Of a DNA stretch of 56,895 nt, positions 7,300 to 14,266 are shown piece after piece. Each line of letters begins with the position of its first letter. The stretch's first letter is position 1. The notes below the pieces were generated by a model. The model searched no databases, was not told the origin of the DNA, and was given only the letters and a program-made list of their open reading frames with translations. Position numbers and translations under genes: made by a program. The stretch spans positions 1 to 56,895 of IMG/VR virus record IMGVR_UViG_3300025400_000022, one strand, 5' to 3'. The DNA is from a virus. Lineage: Duplodnaviria; Caudoviricetes.

Positions 7300-7357
7300 T
7301 CGCGTGTGTATACGTATCGCGTACGCGAATCGCGTATATATATCGCGTATACGCGAA
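7300..7357. repeat. TCGCGT/ACGCGA block, copy 7
   Basis: Four TCGCGT and two ACGCGA with (TA)n and (GT)n spacers. Confidence 0.9.
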
Positions 7358-7387
7358 GGGCCGGTTCTTTGGAAAAATGTCTGGGGT

Positions 7388-7470
7388 CTGGCAGTTTTTC
7401 AAAAAAATGTGGGGAAAAATTATTCTGTGTGGCCCCTGGCAGTTTTTGACCCAAATGTGGGGAAAAATTA
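7388..7470. repeat. Tandem duplicated TTTTT..TGTGGGGAAAAATTA box
   Basis: ctggcagttttt-caaaa-aaatgtggggaaaaatta and ctggcagttttt-gaccc-aaatgtggggaaaaatta. Confidence 0.8.
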
Positions 7471-7533
7471 CGCTTTTGGGGCCGGCCTTATTACTTGTGG
7501 TTTCGGCCACATTTGGTACGTTATCATACTAAT

Positions 7534-7575
7534 AGTATACCATAAATTGACATTCATGTCAAATATTGGTACGAT
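7534..7575. promoter_or_regulatory. Overlapping divergent promoters around TTGACA-TTCA-TGTCAA
   Basis: Minus: TTGACA (7562-7557), 17 bp, TATACT (7539-7534). Plus: TTGACA (7547-7552), 17 bp, TACGAT (7570-7575). Both have a TG extension. Confidence 0.75.
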
Positions 7576-7676
7576 AACTGGGGGTTATGCGGGTATGGGT
7601 ACCCTATACGCGCGGGAATGTGCGTTTAGACGGGCGTATTGACATGGTTTTTTATGGTTTTTTATGGTTCCCATCG

Positions 7677-7955
7677 CTACTCATTCCACTTGCCTTTATT
7701 ATCAAGGTCCCGCTCCGTCAGGCTATTTCCCCATGCGTTCAGAAACGTATCAATCTGAGCCTCTAGGCGTTCAATATCCTTCGTTCCATCAACTTCAGTG
7801 TTCAACTGCTCACCTGTCTCTGGGTTTATTCCACTCTTAGTCATTGTCTCGTTGTATAAGTCTACTAAGTAGTTCTGTAGGTCTTCTATTGAGTTGCCTG
7901 AATAAGCCCCGGTTGCTTCCTCTTCTTGGTTGCCCCCCTCAAAAAAATTACTCAT
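7677..7955 (-). CDS. Hypothetical protein
   Basis: Last ORF of a tightly packed minus-strand operon. Confidence 0.7.
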   Translation of the reverse strand: MSNFFEGGNQEEEATGAYSGNSIEDLQNYLVDLYNETMTKSGINPETGEQLNTEVDGTKDIERLEAQIDTFLNAWGNSLTERDLDNKGKWNE

Positions 7956-8187
7956 CAGGATAACCCCACAAAAGGTTCACGATGGCTTCTTCTTCTTCGG
8001 TCATCTCAGGGTAATTGGGGGCAATAATAGCCACGGCTTGCTCAATGCGTTCTTCTAGGCTGGCATCTGATGGCTTTGGCTTGCCTTCGAGATACTCAAC
8101 ACGTCGTACCGTCTCTACTAATACTTCAGAGAGGCTTAGAAGGCGTTGTGCTAGGTCTAGGTCAAACTCGCTGGGCTGGTCACTCAC
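7948..8187 (-). CDS. Hypothetical protein
   Basis: Packed ORF with RBS GAAGGA. Confidence 0.7.
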   Translation of the reverse strand: MSDQPSEFDLDLAQRLLSLSEVLVETVRRVEYLEGKPKPSDASLEERIEQAVAIIAPNYPEMTEEEEAIVNLLWGYPDE

Positions 8188-8188
8188 G

Positions 8189-8644
8189 TTAGTTTGCTTC
8201 CTTCCAGTAGTTGCGCCAACGCTCAGGGTAGGGCTTCCAGTCTTCCTTTGGTTGCCCCTCTAATTCTGCAATGCGTTGCTTTAGCACCATAACGTCTGAA
8301 AGCAGTTGCTCGATGTTGGTTTCAGCGTATGCCAAGTCTTCGGCTGTTTGGATACCAAACTGACGTACTTCTTCCAGTTGGCGCTCGAGCCCGTCTTCCT
8401 TTACAAAAGGCTTGAGAGGTTTGTCGGTGACCTGTGTGCCGATTGTGTGAGTTGTAAAGTCATAACGGGGGCGAGTATCCTGCTCAAAGTTGCTGTGGAT
8501 TTGCTCGTCAATGTGCTGTAGGCCACGACGATAGCCCATCCAATACATCTTGTCTTCGGTGGTTTTGGCAATCTCGTAATACGCTAACGCCGTTTGGTGC
8601 GCCCGATTCAAAATCTCAGTGACCCTGCTGTGAAGGACTGTCAT
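8189..8644 (-). CDS. Hypothetical protein with C-terminal coiled coil
   Basis: ATGA overlap with upstream gene; RBS GAGGA. Confidence 0.7.
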   Translation of the reverse strand: MTVLHSRVTEILNRAHQTALAYYEIAKTTEDKMYWMGYRRGLQHIDEQIHSNFEQDTRPRYDFTTHTIGTQVTDKPLKPFVKEDGLERQLEEVRQFGIQTAEDLAYAETNIEQLLSDVMVLKQRIAELEGQPKEDWKPYPERWRNYWKEAN

Positions 8645-8844
8645 TGGTTGTCCTCTTCTTCCCACACTGGGTCAATGTGGCCGAGGAAGTCAATACGAAC
8701 AGTTTTCTTGCCCTCGTGAAACGTCCGGGCCTCGGCGCTGGGCTCTTTTGTGACAAGTCGAACAACGTTAATACGCTGTTGCAACTCATACAACTTGGTC
8801 TCCAACATGTCAATACGATACTTCAGTTCTTTCTTACTTGCCAT
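8641..8844 (-). CDS. Hypothetical protein
   Basis: Start MASKKEL after GAGGA. Confidence 0.7.
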   Translation of the reverse strand: MASKKELKYRIDMLETKLYELQQRINVVRLVTKEPSAEARTFHEGKKTVRIDFLGHIDPVWEEEDNQ

Positions 8845-9097
8845 AGTGGCGCATCCTCTCACTCTCTTGTTTGTCTAACTCCCGATTTATTGCCCACACC
8901 AGTTGGATAAAGGTGCAAGCGGTAATCAGGAATACCAATGATACCACAATTACTTTCCAATTGCAAATCGCAAACCATGTTGCGAGGCCGGCGAACCAGC
9001 CAATTGAAAGTTTAGTTGCAGTTCTGAAACTCCTAATTTTTGACCAAAATTTTTTAATCAATAACGGGGGCTTATTAATAGTTTTGTTTGTATTCAT
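8834..9097 (-). CDS. Small membrane protein
   Basis: Two hydrophobic segments. Confidence 0.65.
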   Translation of the reverse strand: MNTNKTINKPPLLIKKFWSKIRSFRTATKLSIGWFAGLATWFAICNWKVIVVSLVFLITACTFIQLVWAINRELDKQESERMRHYGK

Positions 9098-9100
9098 CTA

Positions 9101-9334
9101 TTAGTTGTCGCCACGCTTCTTGAACGGCGTTAGGCCGCTCGTAAAGGCGTAGAGAAGGGCGTAGATGAACGTGGCCTGCCAGAAGCCCATAGGTCGGAAC
9201 TGGGGCGCCCAGCGATGAATGTCGCCCGCCAAAAGCATCGTCACCAGTCCGCCCACCAATGCGGCGAGAGGCCACATCAGAAAACTGAAGATAGCAAACG
9301 TCAGGTTGCTAGTAGTCTTGAACTTTACCTGCAT
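9101..9334 (-). CDS. Small membrane protein
   Basis: Two hydrophobic segments, GFWQA motif, TAATG coupling. Confidence 0.7.
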   Translation of the reverse strand: MQVKFKTTSNLTFAIFSFLMWPLAALVGGLVTMLLAGDIHRWAPQFRPMGFWQATFIYALLYAFTSGLTPFKKRGDN

Positions 9335-9603
9335 TAGTTATCCTTGTCGAGCACCGCTACGATGCCGGCAACTGGGACCTGAACGTACTTGACGCCGGCA
9401 ATCTCAACTGCGTATGCCAAACCGTGCTTGAAGACAACACTGTCGCCCTCACTGATGCCCTCAACGTCGGGGCCAACTGAGATAACCTCAGCAATGTCGG
9501 GCAGTGGTACTGCGCCCTGTGGAATTACGAGACCCGTCTCTGTGGTCTTTTCTTTGTGCTCCATGCGAAGAATCACATTGTCGCTAGTGGCCTTGAAAGC
9601 CAT
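9334..9603 (-). CDS. groES: GroES/Cpn10 co-chaperonin
   Basis: DNVIL..E.E.TT.TGLVIP..A..EVISVGP.V.G...GD.V.F....E..G.KY..V....IVAVL. Confidence 0.9.
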   Translation of the reverse strand: MAFKATSDNVILRMEHKEKTTETGLVIPQGAVPLPDIAEVISVGPDVEGISEGDSVVFKHGLAYAVEIAGVKYVQVPVAGIVAVLDKDN

Positions 9604-9778
9604 TTTTTTCTCCTTCTAGTTTTTCGATAGTTAGTCTGATGTGCATGCGGCAATCTTCCACGCCGCCCTTGTAGCCGAGCCACTCCGGTGCTTGCAGGGT
9701 GGCGGCAAAATGCTCTAGCCCAGCCAACTGCCGGTGTAGTGTTTCTAACTCAAGGATGGCGCGGTCGATTGCGGACAT
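9584..9778 (-). CDS. Hypothetical protein
   Basis: Packed ORF. Confidence 0.6.
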   Translation of the reverse strand: MSAIDRAILELETLHRQLAGLEHFAATLQAPEWLGYKGGVEDCRMHIRLTIEKLEGEKNGFQGH

Positions 9779-9912
9779 TACTGCTCTGGTGGGTTGAACG
9801 CGGTGGAAAGCGACTTTCCAATGCCTTCTTCGTCAAGCCCGGCCTTGAGCAACAAGGCTCCAATGCCGTTGAAAAGCATTGCGCCAATCTGTACGAGGTC
9901 TACTTCTTCCAT
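9778..9912 (-). CDS. Small hypothetical protein (44 aa)
   Basis: TAATG coupling at both ends; RBS GAGGAG. Confidence 0.6.
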   Translation of the reverse strand: MEEVDLVQIGAMLFNGIGALLLKAGLDEEGIGKSLSTAFNPPEQ

Positions 9913-10163
9913 TACTTCTCCTCTTCGGATAATCCGGCTTGTTCACGACCGGTCTTGATTGCGCCTACGAATAGGCTCTTGTACTGCGCTTCTGCGTGCT
10001 CGCCCGACAGGTTTGCAAGGCCACCGGCAAGGGCAATAAGCGCCTCACGGTAGACTTCAGCCTGAAGTTCGGGGTCGAGTGGCTCTAGAAACTCTAGAGT
10101 CTCACGGTACTTCTGTTGCAGGTGTGCCAGAAACTCTGGGTCTTGTGCCTGTTCGGGTGTCAT
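9912..10163 (-). CDS. Hypothetical protein
   Basis: Packed ORF, RBS AAGGGG. Confidence 0.7.
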   Translation of the reverse strand: MTPEQAQDPEFLAHLQQKYRETLEFLEPLDPELQAEVYREALIALAGGLANLSGEHAEAQYKSLFVGAIKTGREQAGLSEEEK

Positions 10164-10306
10164 CGGTTGTTCCCCTTGATAATGTGTCGAGTAAACTGGC
10201 CCTTCTGAAAGATGCCAGCCTTAACTGCCTTGTTCCAGCGGTAAGCAAAATAGCCAACCATTGCGAAGAACAGAGCAGGAAACAGCAATTCTAGTAGCAA
10301 AATCAT
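10160..10306 (-). CDS. Small membrane protein (48 aa)
   Basis: RBS AGAAAGGA; hydrophobic N-terminus; ATGA overlap. Confidence 0.65.
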   Translation of the reverse strand: MILLLELLFPALFFAMVGYFAYRWNKAVKAGIFQKGQFTRHIIKGNNR

Positions 10307-10338
10307 TTGTAATCCTTTCTGTTGTTTGTTACCCGTCT

Positions 10339-10367
10339 ATTATAGCACAGGTTTTGGGGCAATGCAA
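10339..10367 (-). promoter_or_regulatory. Sigma70-type promoter
   Basis: TTGCAT-17 bp-TATAAT with TG extension. Confidence 0.75.
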
Positions 10368-10414
10368 GTACATATCATCGGCACTTTTGTCGAGTACCAT
10401 GACCATACTTATTT

Positions 10415-10582
10415 TTAGAAGGTACTTTCCAGTACCCGCAGCACTTCACAGGGCCACGTTTGAATCAAGGTGCCATTGGGACCCTTACAGCCGGCGCAGT
10501 AATTAACGTCACCAGCCCTGCCAATGTTCTGAAACACGGGCTGGTGCTTCTCTCGTAGGGCTTTGATTTCGGTGGGGGTCAT
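10415..10582 (-). CDS. Small Zn-finger-like protein (MTPTEIKALREKH..CxxC..WPC)
   Basis: ATGA overlap; paralogous to the N-terminal half of the next gene. Confidence 0.7.
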   Translation of the reverse strand: MTPTEIKALREKHQPVFQNIGRAGDVNYCAGCKGPNGTLIQTWPCEVLRVLESTF

Positions 10583-10899
10583 AGTTTCTCTCCGCACTTG
10601 GGGCAGTAGGTGAAAACAGTCCATTGGTATTTAGCATTGGCTCTACTGAGCCATAGGTGTTCGCACTCAACTTTAGTTTTTAGGTCGTTAAACTTTAGGT
10701 TTTCGGTAGCGTCCAGTACCTTATAACCGTCATCGTATCCACGTTCGTAATTTATTGCCGCTTGAAAGTTTGCTTGGTCTACTTCGTCCAGCACCTTGAT
10801 TACGTCGCAGGGGTACCTTTCATACAAACAGTAAGAACATTGATTCTTTTCGTCCTGGCTGTGCTTCTCTCGTAGGGCTTGGCGTTCGTCGGGGGTCAT
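10579..10899 (-). CDS. Protein with two Zn-finger-like modules (ALREKH..CxxC..YPC; CEH..YCPKCGEKL)
   Basis: ATGA overlaps; Cys/His motifs. Confidence 0.75.
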   Translation of the reverse strand: MTPDERQALREKHSQDEKNQCSYCLYERYPCDVIKVLDEVDQANFQAAINYERGYDDGYKVLDATENLKFNDLKTKVECEHLWLSRANAKYQWTVFTYCPKCGEKL

Positions 10900-11006
10900 A
10901 GTTTCTCTCCGCACTTGGGGCAGAAGTCTTTTAGACCGCTAACCGATGCTTGAGTTTCGTTGTTTGCTAAAGAAGCAAACACACCCATTTCTGGCAACAA
11001 CGTCAT
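10896..11006 (-). CDS. Short ORF ending FCPKCGEKL (possible remnant)
   Basis: Shares its 3' end sequence with the gene downstream. Confidence 0.45.
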   Translation of the reverse strand: MTLLPEMGVFASLANNETQASVSGLKDFCPKCGEKL

Positions 11007-11251
11007 CGGTCCAGCCAGACGTAGAGCGTAATCAGCGCCACGATAGGCACCAAAAAAAGCCAGAGTTCCCATGCGTATTTCATCGACCCCTCCCAATATT
11101 TCCAATTGCCGTAATAAAAAGCAATGTACATAGAATTGCAACTAACACTATTCTTCCTCCTCTGGGTTGCAGTCTTCACACTTCCATGGCACTTCACCAA
11201 ATTCTTCGCAGTGCCACGTCTCAACAGGGTCGGGTGTGTATTCTTCTCGCA

Positions 11252-11665
11252 CTAGATTCCCTTCAAGATGTTTTGCAGATTAGCACGGAAATTGCCTACT
11301 TCTTGGTAGCCGGCGGTCTCGATGTGCATAATAGCCTTTTCAATTCGGCGTTCCAGTTCGCTCCGAGATGGGCGACTTGGCTCTGCTGCTTCGCCGGCCT
11401 CCCAGATTACAGCATTGCGACCCGATGAGTTCTTGCGACGCAGTTGAGAGTCTCGAACTCGTCCCTCAAGAACCAATGCTCGGCGTCGAGCGGTAATGGA
11501 AGAAATCTGCATACCAAGAACCTTGGCTACTTCTTGGTCGGTGCGTGGCTTTTCGCTAATGAGCGAGTAAACTTTTTCCAGTTGGGTTTCAACCAAGTGT
11601 TCAACAGATTCTGCGGCCTCTCGGCTGGTCTTAGAACTCCGTTGAAATGGTGCTGTAATTTTCAT
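11252..11665 (-). CDS. Winged-helix DNA-binding protein
   Basis: TS.EAAES..T.QEVA..LG...SSITARR..LV..G.V.DS..RR...SGR.A.IW; RBS AAAGGAG. Confidence 0.8.
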   Translation of the reverse strand: MKITAPFQRSSKTSREAAESVEHLVETQLEKVYSLISEKPRTDQEVAKVLGMQISSITARRRALVLEGRVRDSQLRRKNSSGRNAVIWEAGEAAEPSRPSRSELERRIEKAIMHIETAGYQEVGNFRANLQNILKGI

Positions 11666-11708
11666 GTCACTCCTTTTGTCTTTAGAACGCCCCAATGCGT
11701 TCGATTCA

Positions 11709-11737
11709 AAGATACCACACCCTCGAGCCCGTGTCAA
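11709..11737 (-). promoter_or_regulatory. Sigma70-type promoter
   Basis: TTGACA-17 bp-TATCTT with TG extension. Confidence 0.75.
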
Positions 11738-11744
11738 GTCAGAA

Positions 11745-11830
11745 ACGCAAAATCCCCGACCTTTTTAGGGGCCGGGGCATTTTGCAGTGACAGAAAGGAA
11801 CTACAATGAACAGGGAGTGAGACTGCTCGG
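11745..11830 (-). ncRNA. Candidate small RNA with anti-SD/anti-AUG segment
   Basis: Minus strand reads CATTGTAGTTCCTTTCTGTCA then the terminator; TATACT -10 at 11841-11836 but no clear -35. Confidence 0.35.
11747..11785. terminator. Bidirectional terminator-like hairpin
   Basis: gcaaaat-ccccgacc..ggccgggg-c-attttgc. Confidence 0.65.
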
Positions 11831-11872
11831 TTATAAGTATAACGTGTAATTATCGTTCCCAGGGCTCTCGAT

Positions 11873-11901
11873 TTGACTGCGACGCTGGAAAATGTTAGAA
11901 T
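11873..11901 (+). promoter_or_regulatory. Sigma70-type promoter
   Basis: TTGACT-17 bp-TAGAAT with TG extension; hairpin gttgcag-atagg-ctgtaac follows. Confidence 0.8.
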
Positions 11902-11946
11902 GGATGCGTTGCAGATAGGCTGTAACATTCGAGAGAAAGGAATTAC

Positions 11947-12279
11947 ATGTTCTTAATGGACAAATTTATTGCAGAAGCAGACGACTTGGAGTTGGAGTTG
12001 CTAAAGCCTACTAACTTAGAGTTGCTTAACGACTACTACTTTGCTATGGAGGCGGTCAGCGACAACGGAAACTGGTTCGGCTACATTGTTTTGCCCGACA
12101 ACCGTGAGGTTGCTGTTGCTTACAATGCGGCGTCTGGTGCCACCAAATACCGCAAAGACGATGCTTACTATCAGTTTGCGGACGACGCCAAGAAGATTTT
12201 CCCTTTGGATTCTTGCGCAATTGACACTATGAGCGCACTTTTGGTGCTGTCAGAAGCACGGGGCTGGGACGACGCATGA
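11947..12279 (+). CDS. Hypothetical protein
   Basis: RBS AGAAAGGA. Confidence 0.75.
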   Translation: MFLMDKFIAEADDLELELLKPTNLELLNDYYFAMEAVSDNGNWFGYIVLPDNREVAVAYNAASGATKYRKDDAYYQFADDAKKIFPLDSCAIDTMSALLVLSEARGWDDA

Positions 12280-12761
12280 ACCACTTCTACGAAATAGAAA
12301 CCCCTTTTGTTATCTCGGCATACGAAAAACGCGGTCGGGAATACAAGGAAATTGGGGTTTTGTTTGAGGGCGGAATTGCCCCCGTTGAAGCCTTTGAGAT
12401 GTTTACGCAGTTTTGCAATGCAATCCCCATGTGGCAAGTAGTCCAACATTCCCTAGAAGCAGAAAAGATTGACCCTACGTTGCCAACGTCGGCATACGAG
12501 GTTCGTCTTATCAACTCACTGTCTCGGCGTGTTGTCGCTTCTGTCTTGTGGGAAGCATCGTCAATAGACGAGTGCAAAGAAGACTTTAAGAGCCGCAACG
12601 TCAAAACATACAATTTGTATGCAGAGATTGACCTAGCAGAAGGCGAAGACATTGAAGAAATCAATCTTACAGCCTTGTTTGCTAGCAATGGATTTAGGGT
12701 ACTTGACATTACACCCTCTGATGAGGTAGAATATACAGACACAGAAAGAAAGGAGCAGTAA
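12276..12761 (+). CDS. Hypothetical acidic protein
   Basis: ATGA overlap. Confidence 0.75.
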   Translation: MNHFYEIETPFVISAYEKRGREYKEIGVLFEGGIAPVEAFEMFTQFCNAIPMWQVVQHSLEAEKIDPTLPTSAYEVRLINSLSRRVVASVLWEASSIDECKEDFKSRNVKTYNLYAEIDLAEGEDIEEINLTALFASNGFRVLDITPSDEVEYTDTERKEQ

Positions 12762-13075
12762 TGGGAGTAAATCATCGCTGGACAGACGGAGAAGAGTCTT
12801 TGGCTGGAAGTCTAATCACCACGTTTGCAGTGGGAGAGTTAAAGTTGTTGGCATTGTCAGTTCCGGCTTCATCGTTGTCGTCAGGCAATTTTTATGACGT
12901 TATCGAGATGCCCGGAGGCACGACGCTTTATGTCTGCATTTCTCAAGACCACATCAAAGAACTGGTTTCAGACGTAGACGACCCGTACCAAGTTGGGTTT
13001 TCGTTTGGTGTCTTCATTGGCAACCTATTAACGTCGATTTATTTTGAACTTATGTCAGAAGCGGAAGATGACTAA
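12761..13075 (+). CDS. Hypothetical protein
   Basis: TAATG coupling; RBS AAAGGAG. Confidence 0.7.
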   Translation: MGVNHRWTDGEESLAGSLITTFAVGELKLLALSVPASSLSSGNFYDVIEMPGGTTLYVCISQDHIKELVSDVDDPYQVGFSFGVFIGNLLTSIYFELMSEAEDD

Positions 13076-13499
13076 AAAACTCACAAAGGAAGAGCGTTGG
13101 GAAGTTAGCGAACGCTGGCGCGCAAATGCAATCATTGAAAAGTCCGTTAGGGACGACAAGAATGTTATTGAAGAACTGACCTCTCACTTTGTTGCCCGCC
13201 GTTTGATTGAAGAATTGACCGGTGAGGAGGTTGTGCTGAACAAAAAGAATCGCCGGCAAGACCCTAATAAGGTCCTGCCGGCGTGGGGCAAAGAAAACGT
13301 TGGTCGAGAGATGACCACTGAAGAAATTCAAAACTCGCTTGGGGTAACTTACTCTATTGTAATAAAGTTGCTCAAGAACACCGACTACTTTTACAAGGTC
13401 AAGCGAGGGCTGTATAAAGTTTACGATGGTGCGGGAGACCGAGAAGCGGCTAAGGTCGCTAGCAAGAAAAAGGTTGATGCACCTGCTACACTGATTTAG
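13068..13499 (+). CDS. Hypothetical protein, possible C-terminal wHTH
   Basis: MTTEEIQNSLGVTYSIVIKLLK..YF.KVKRGLY.V. Confidence 0.7.
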   Translation: MTKKLTKEERWEVSERWRANAIIEKSVRDDKNVIEELTSHFVARRLIEELTGEEVVLNKKNRRQDPNKVLPAWGKENVGREMTTEEIQNSLGVTYSIVIKLLKNTDYFYKVKRGLYKVYDGAGDREAAKVASKKKVDAPATLI

Positions 13500-13516
13500 T
13501 AGCCCGACAAGGTTTG

Positions 13517-13558
13517 CGGGGCACTTGAGTTTGGAACGACTCAGGTGCCCCGTTTTTT
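13517..13558 (+). terminator. Intrinsic terminator between convergent genes
   Basis: cggggcacttgagt..actcaggtgccccg followed by T6. Confidence 0.8.
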
Positions 13559-14266
13559 CTATTCTACGACTTCCCCGTCAATAAGACCAGAGGCCCAGGT
13601 AGGCGTCATGCCGTCGCCAAGGTCCATGATAGAGCGAGCAAACATTGTGCGTGCTGTCTCAATCTGGTTTTCCTTAAGGTTCAGGTCACGGCTAAGAATA
13701 ACAGCCATGAACGCCGCGCCAATCATGTTGGCTTGTTGCTCCTCGAGCGCCACGATGCGCTTCTGCAAGTCAAACTTGAGCAAGAACTCTAGGGACTTTT
13801 GGTATCGCTCCCAAGCACGTTCAAGAACCTCAATAAGCGCACGGGTGTGCTCAATGCCTGTCTTGTCAGTGACCTCTAGGATGCCGTTTAGTTCCTGCAA
13901 CTTTTCTTCAAGCACCAGAGACCACTGCTTCATTTTACCGGCCAGTACAAAGGCTTCTACCTCTGGTGGTCGAATGGGTTCAGGCTCTCCAAGGCGCTCA
14001 GTAAGCGTTGCAAACTCACGCTTCATTTGAACCTGCACAGCGCCCTTGACGTGAGTAGGCGTTGAGCCACCATGCCACTTACAGCGACCTTCGCCAAGGT
14101 GGGAAGTGCCCATGCCTTGTGTTTTGACGCAGTAGCGAGTAATGTCAAGTTCTTTGAGTTCCTTGCTACGAAGCCTGGCCCCGCATTTGCCCTCAACGGG
14201 TTCTGCGGAGCCAGGAATCTTTTGGTCTGGGTATGTTTCACTCCAAAGGAGTTCATCGTCGGTCAT
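13559..14266 (-). CDS. HGGxSTG-like domain protein, possible terminase small subunit
   Basis: CGAR..C...G.GT.H.G.GRCKWHGGSTP followed by a helical region; the TerS role is inference. Confidence 0.6.
   Translation of the reverse strand: MTDDELLWSETYPDQKIPGSAEPVEGKCGARLRSKELKELDITRYCVKTQGMGTSHLGEGRCKWHGGSTPTHVKGAVQVQMKREFATLTERLGEPEPIRPPEVEAFVLAGKMKQWSLVLEEKLQELNGILEVTDKTGIEHTRALIEVLERAWERYQKSLEFLLKFDLQKRIVALEEQQANMIGAAFMAVILSRDLNLKENQIETARTMFARSIMDLGDGMTPTWASGLIDGEVVE

Noticed and set aside
327-7357. CGCG blocks as CRISPR or mini-CRISPR arrays
   Set aside because: Units are 6-bp inverted motifs with 0-12 bp low-complexity spacers, not 23-47 bp direct repeats with unique spacers of about 30 bp; no cas genes are present.
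248-7642. ORF-track entries crossing the intergenic elements (248-451, 280-507, 922-1770, 1592-1852, 3402-3716, 3479-3727, 5' part of 4652-5197, 7213-7642)
   Set aside because: They translate repeat and promoter DNA (RESRIAY-like peptides), lack an RBS and overlap better-supported genes.
10574-10923. Repeat pair as the TR/VR of a diversity-generating retroelement
   Set aside because: The core is identical with no adenine-specific mismatches, and no reverse transcriptase is present in the window.
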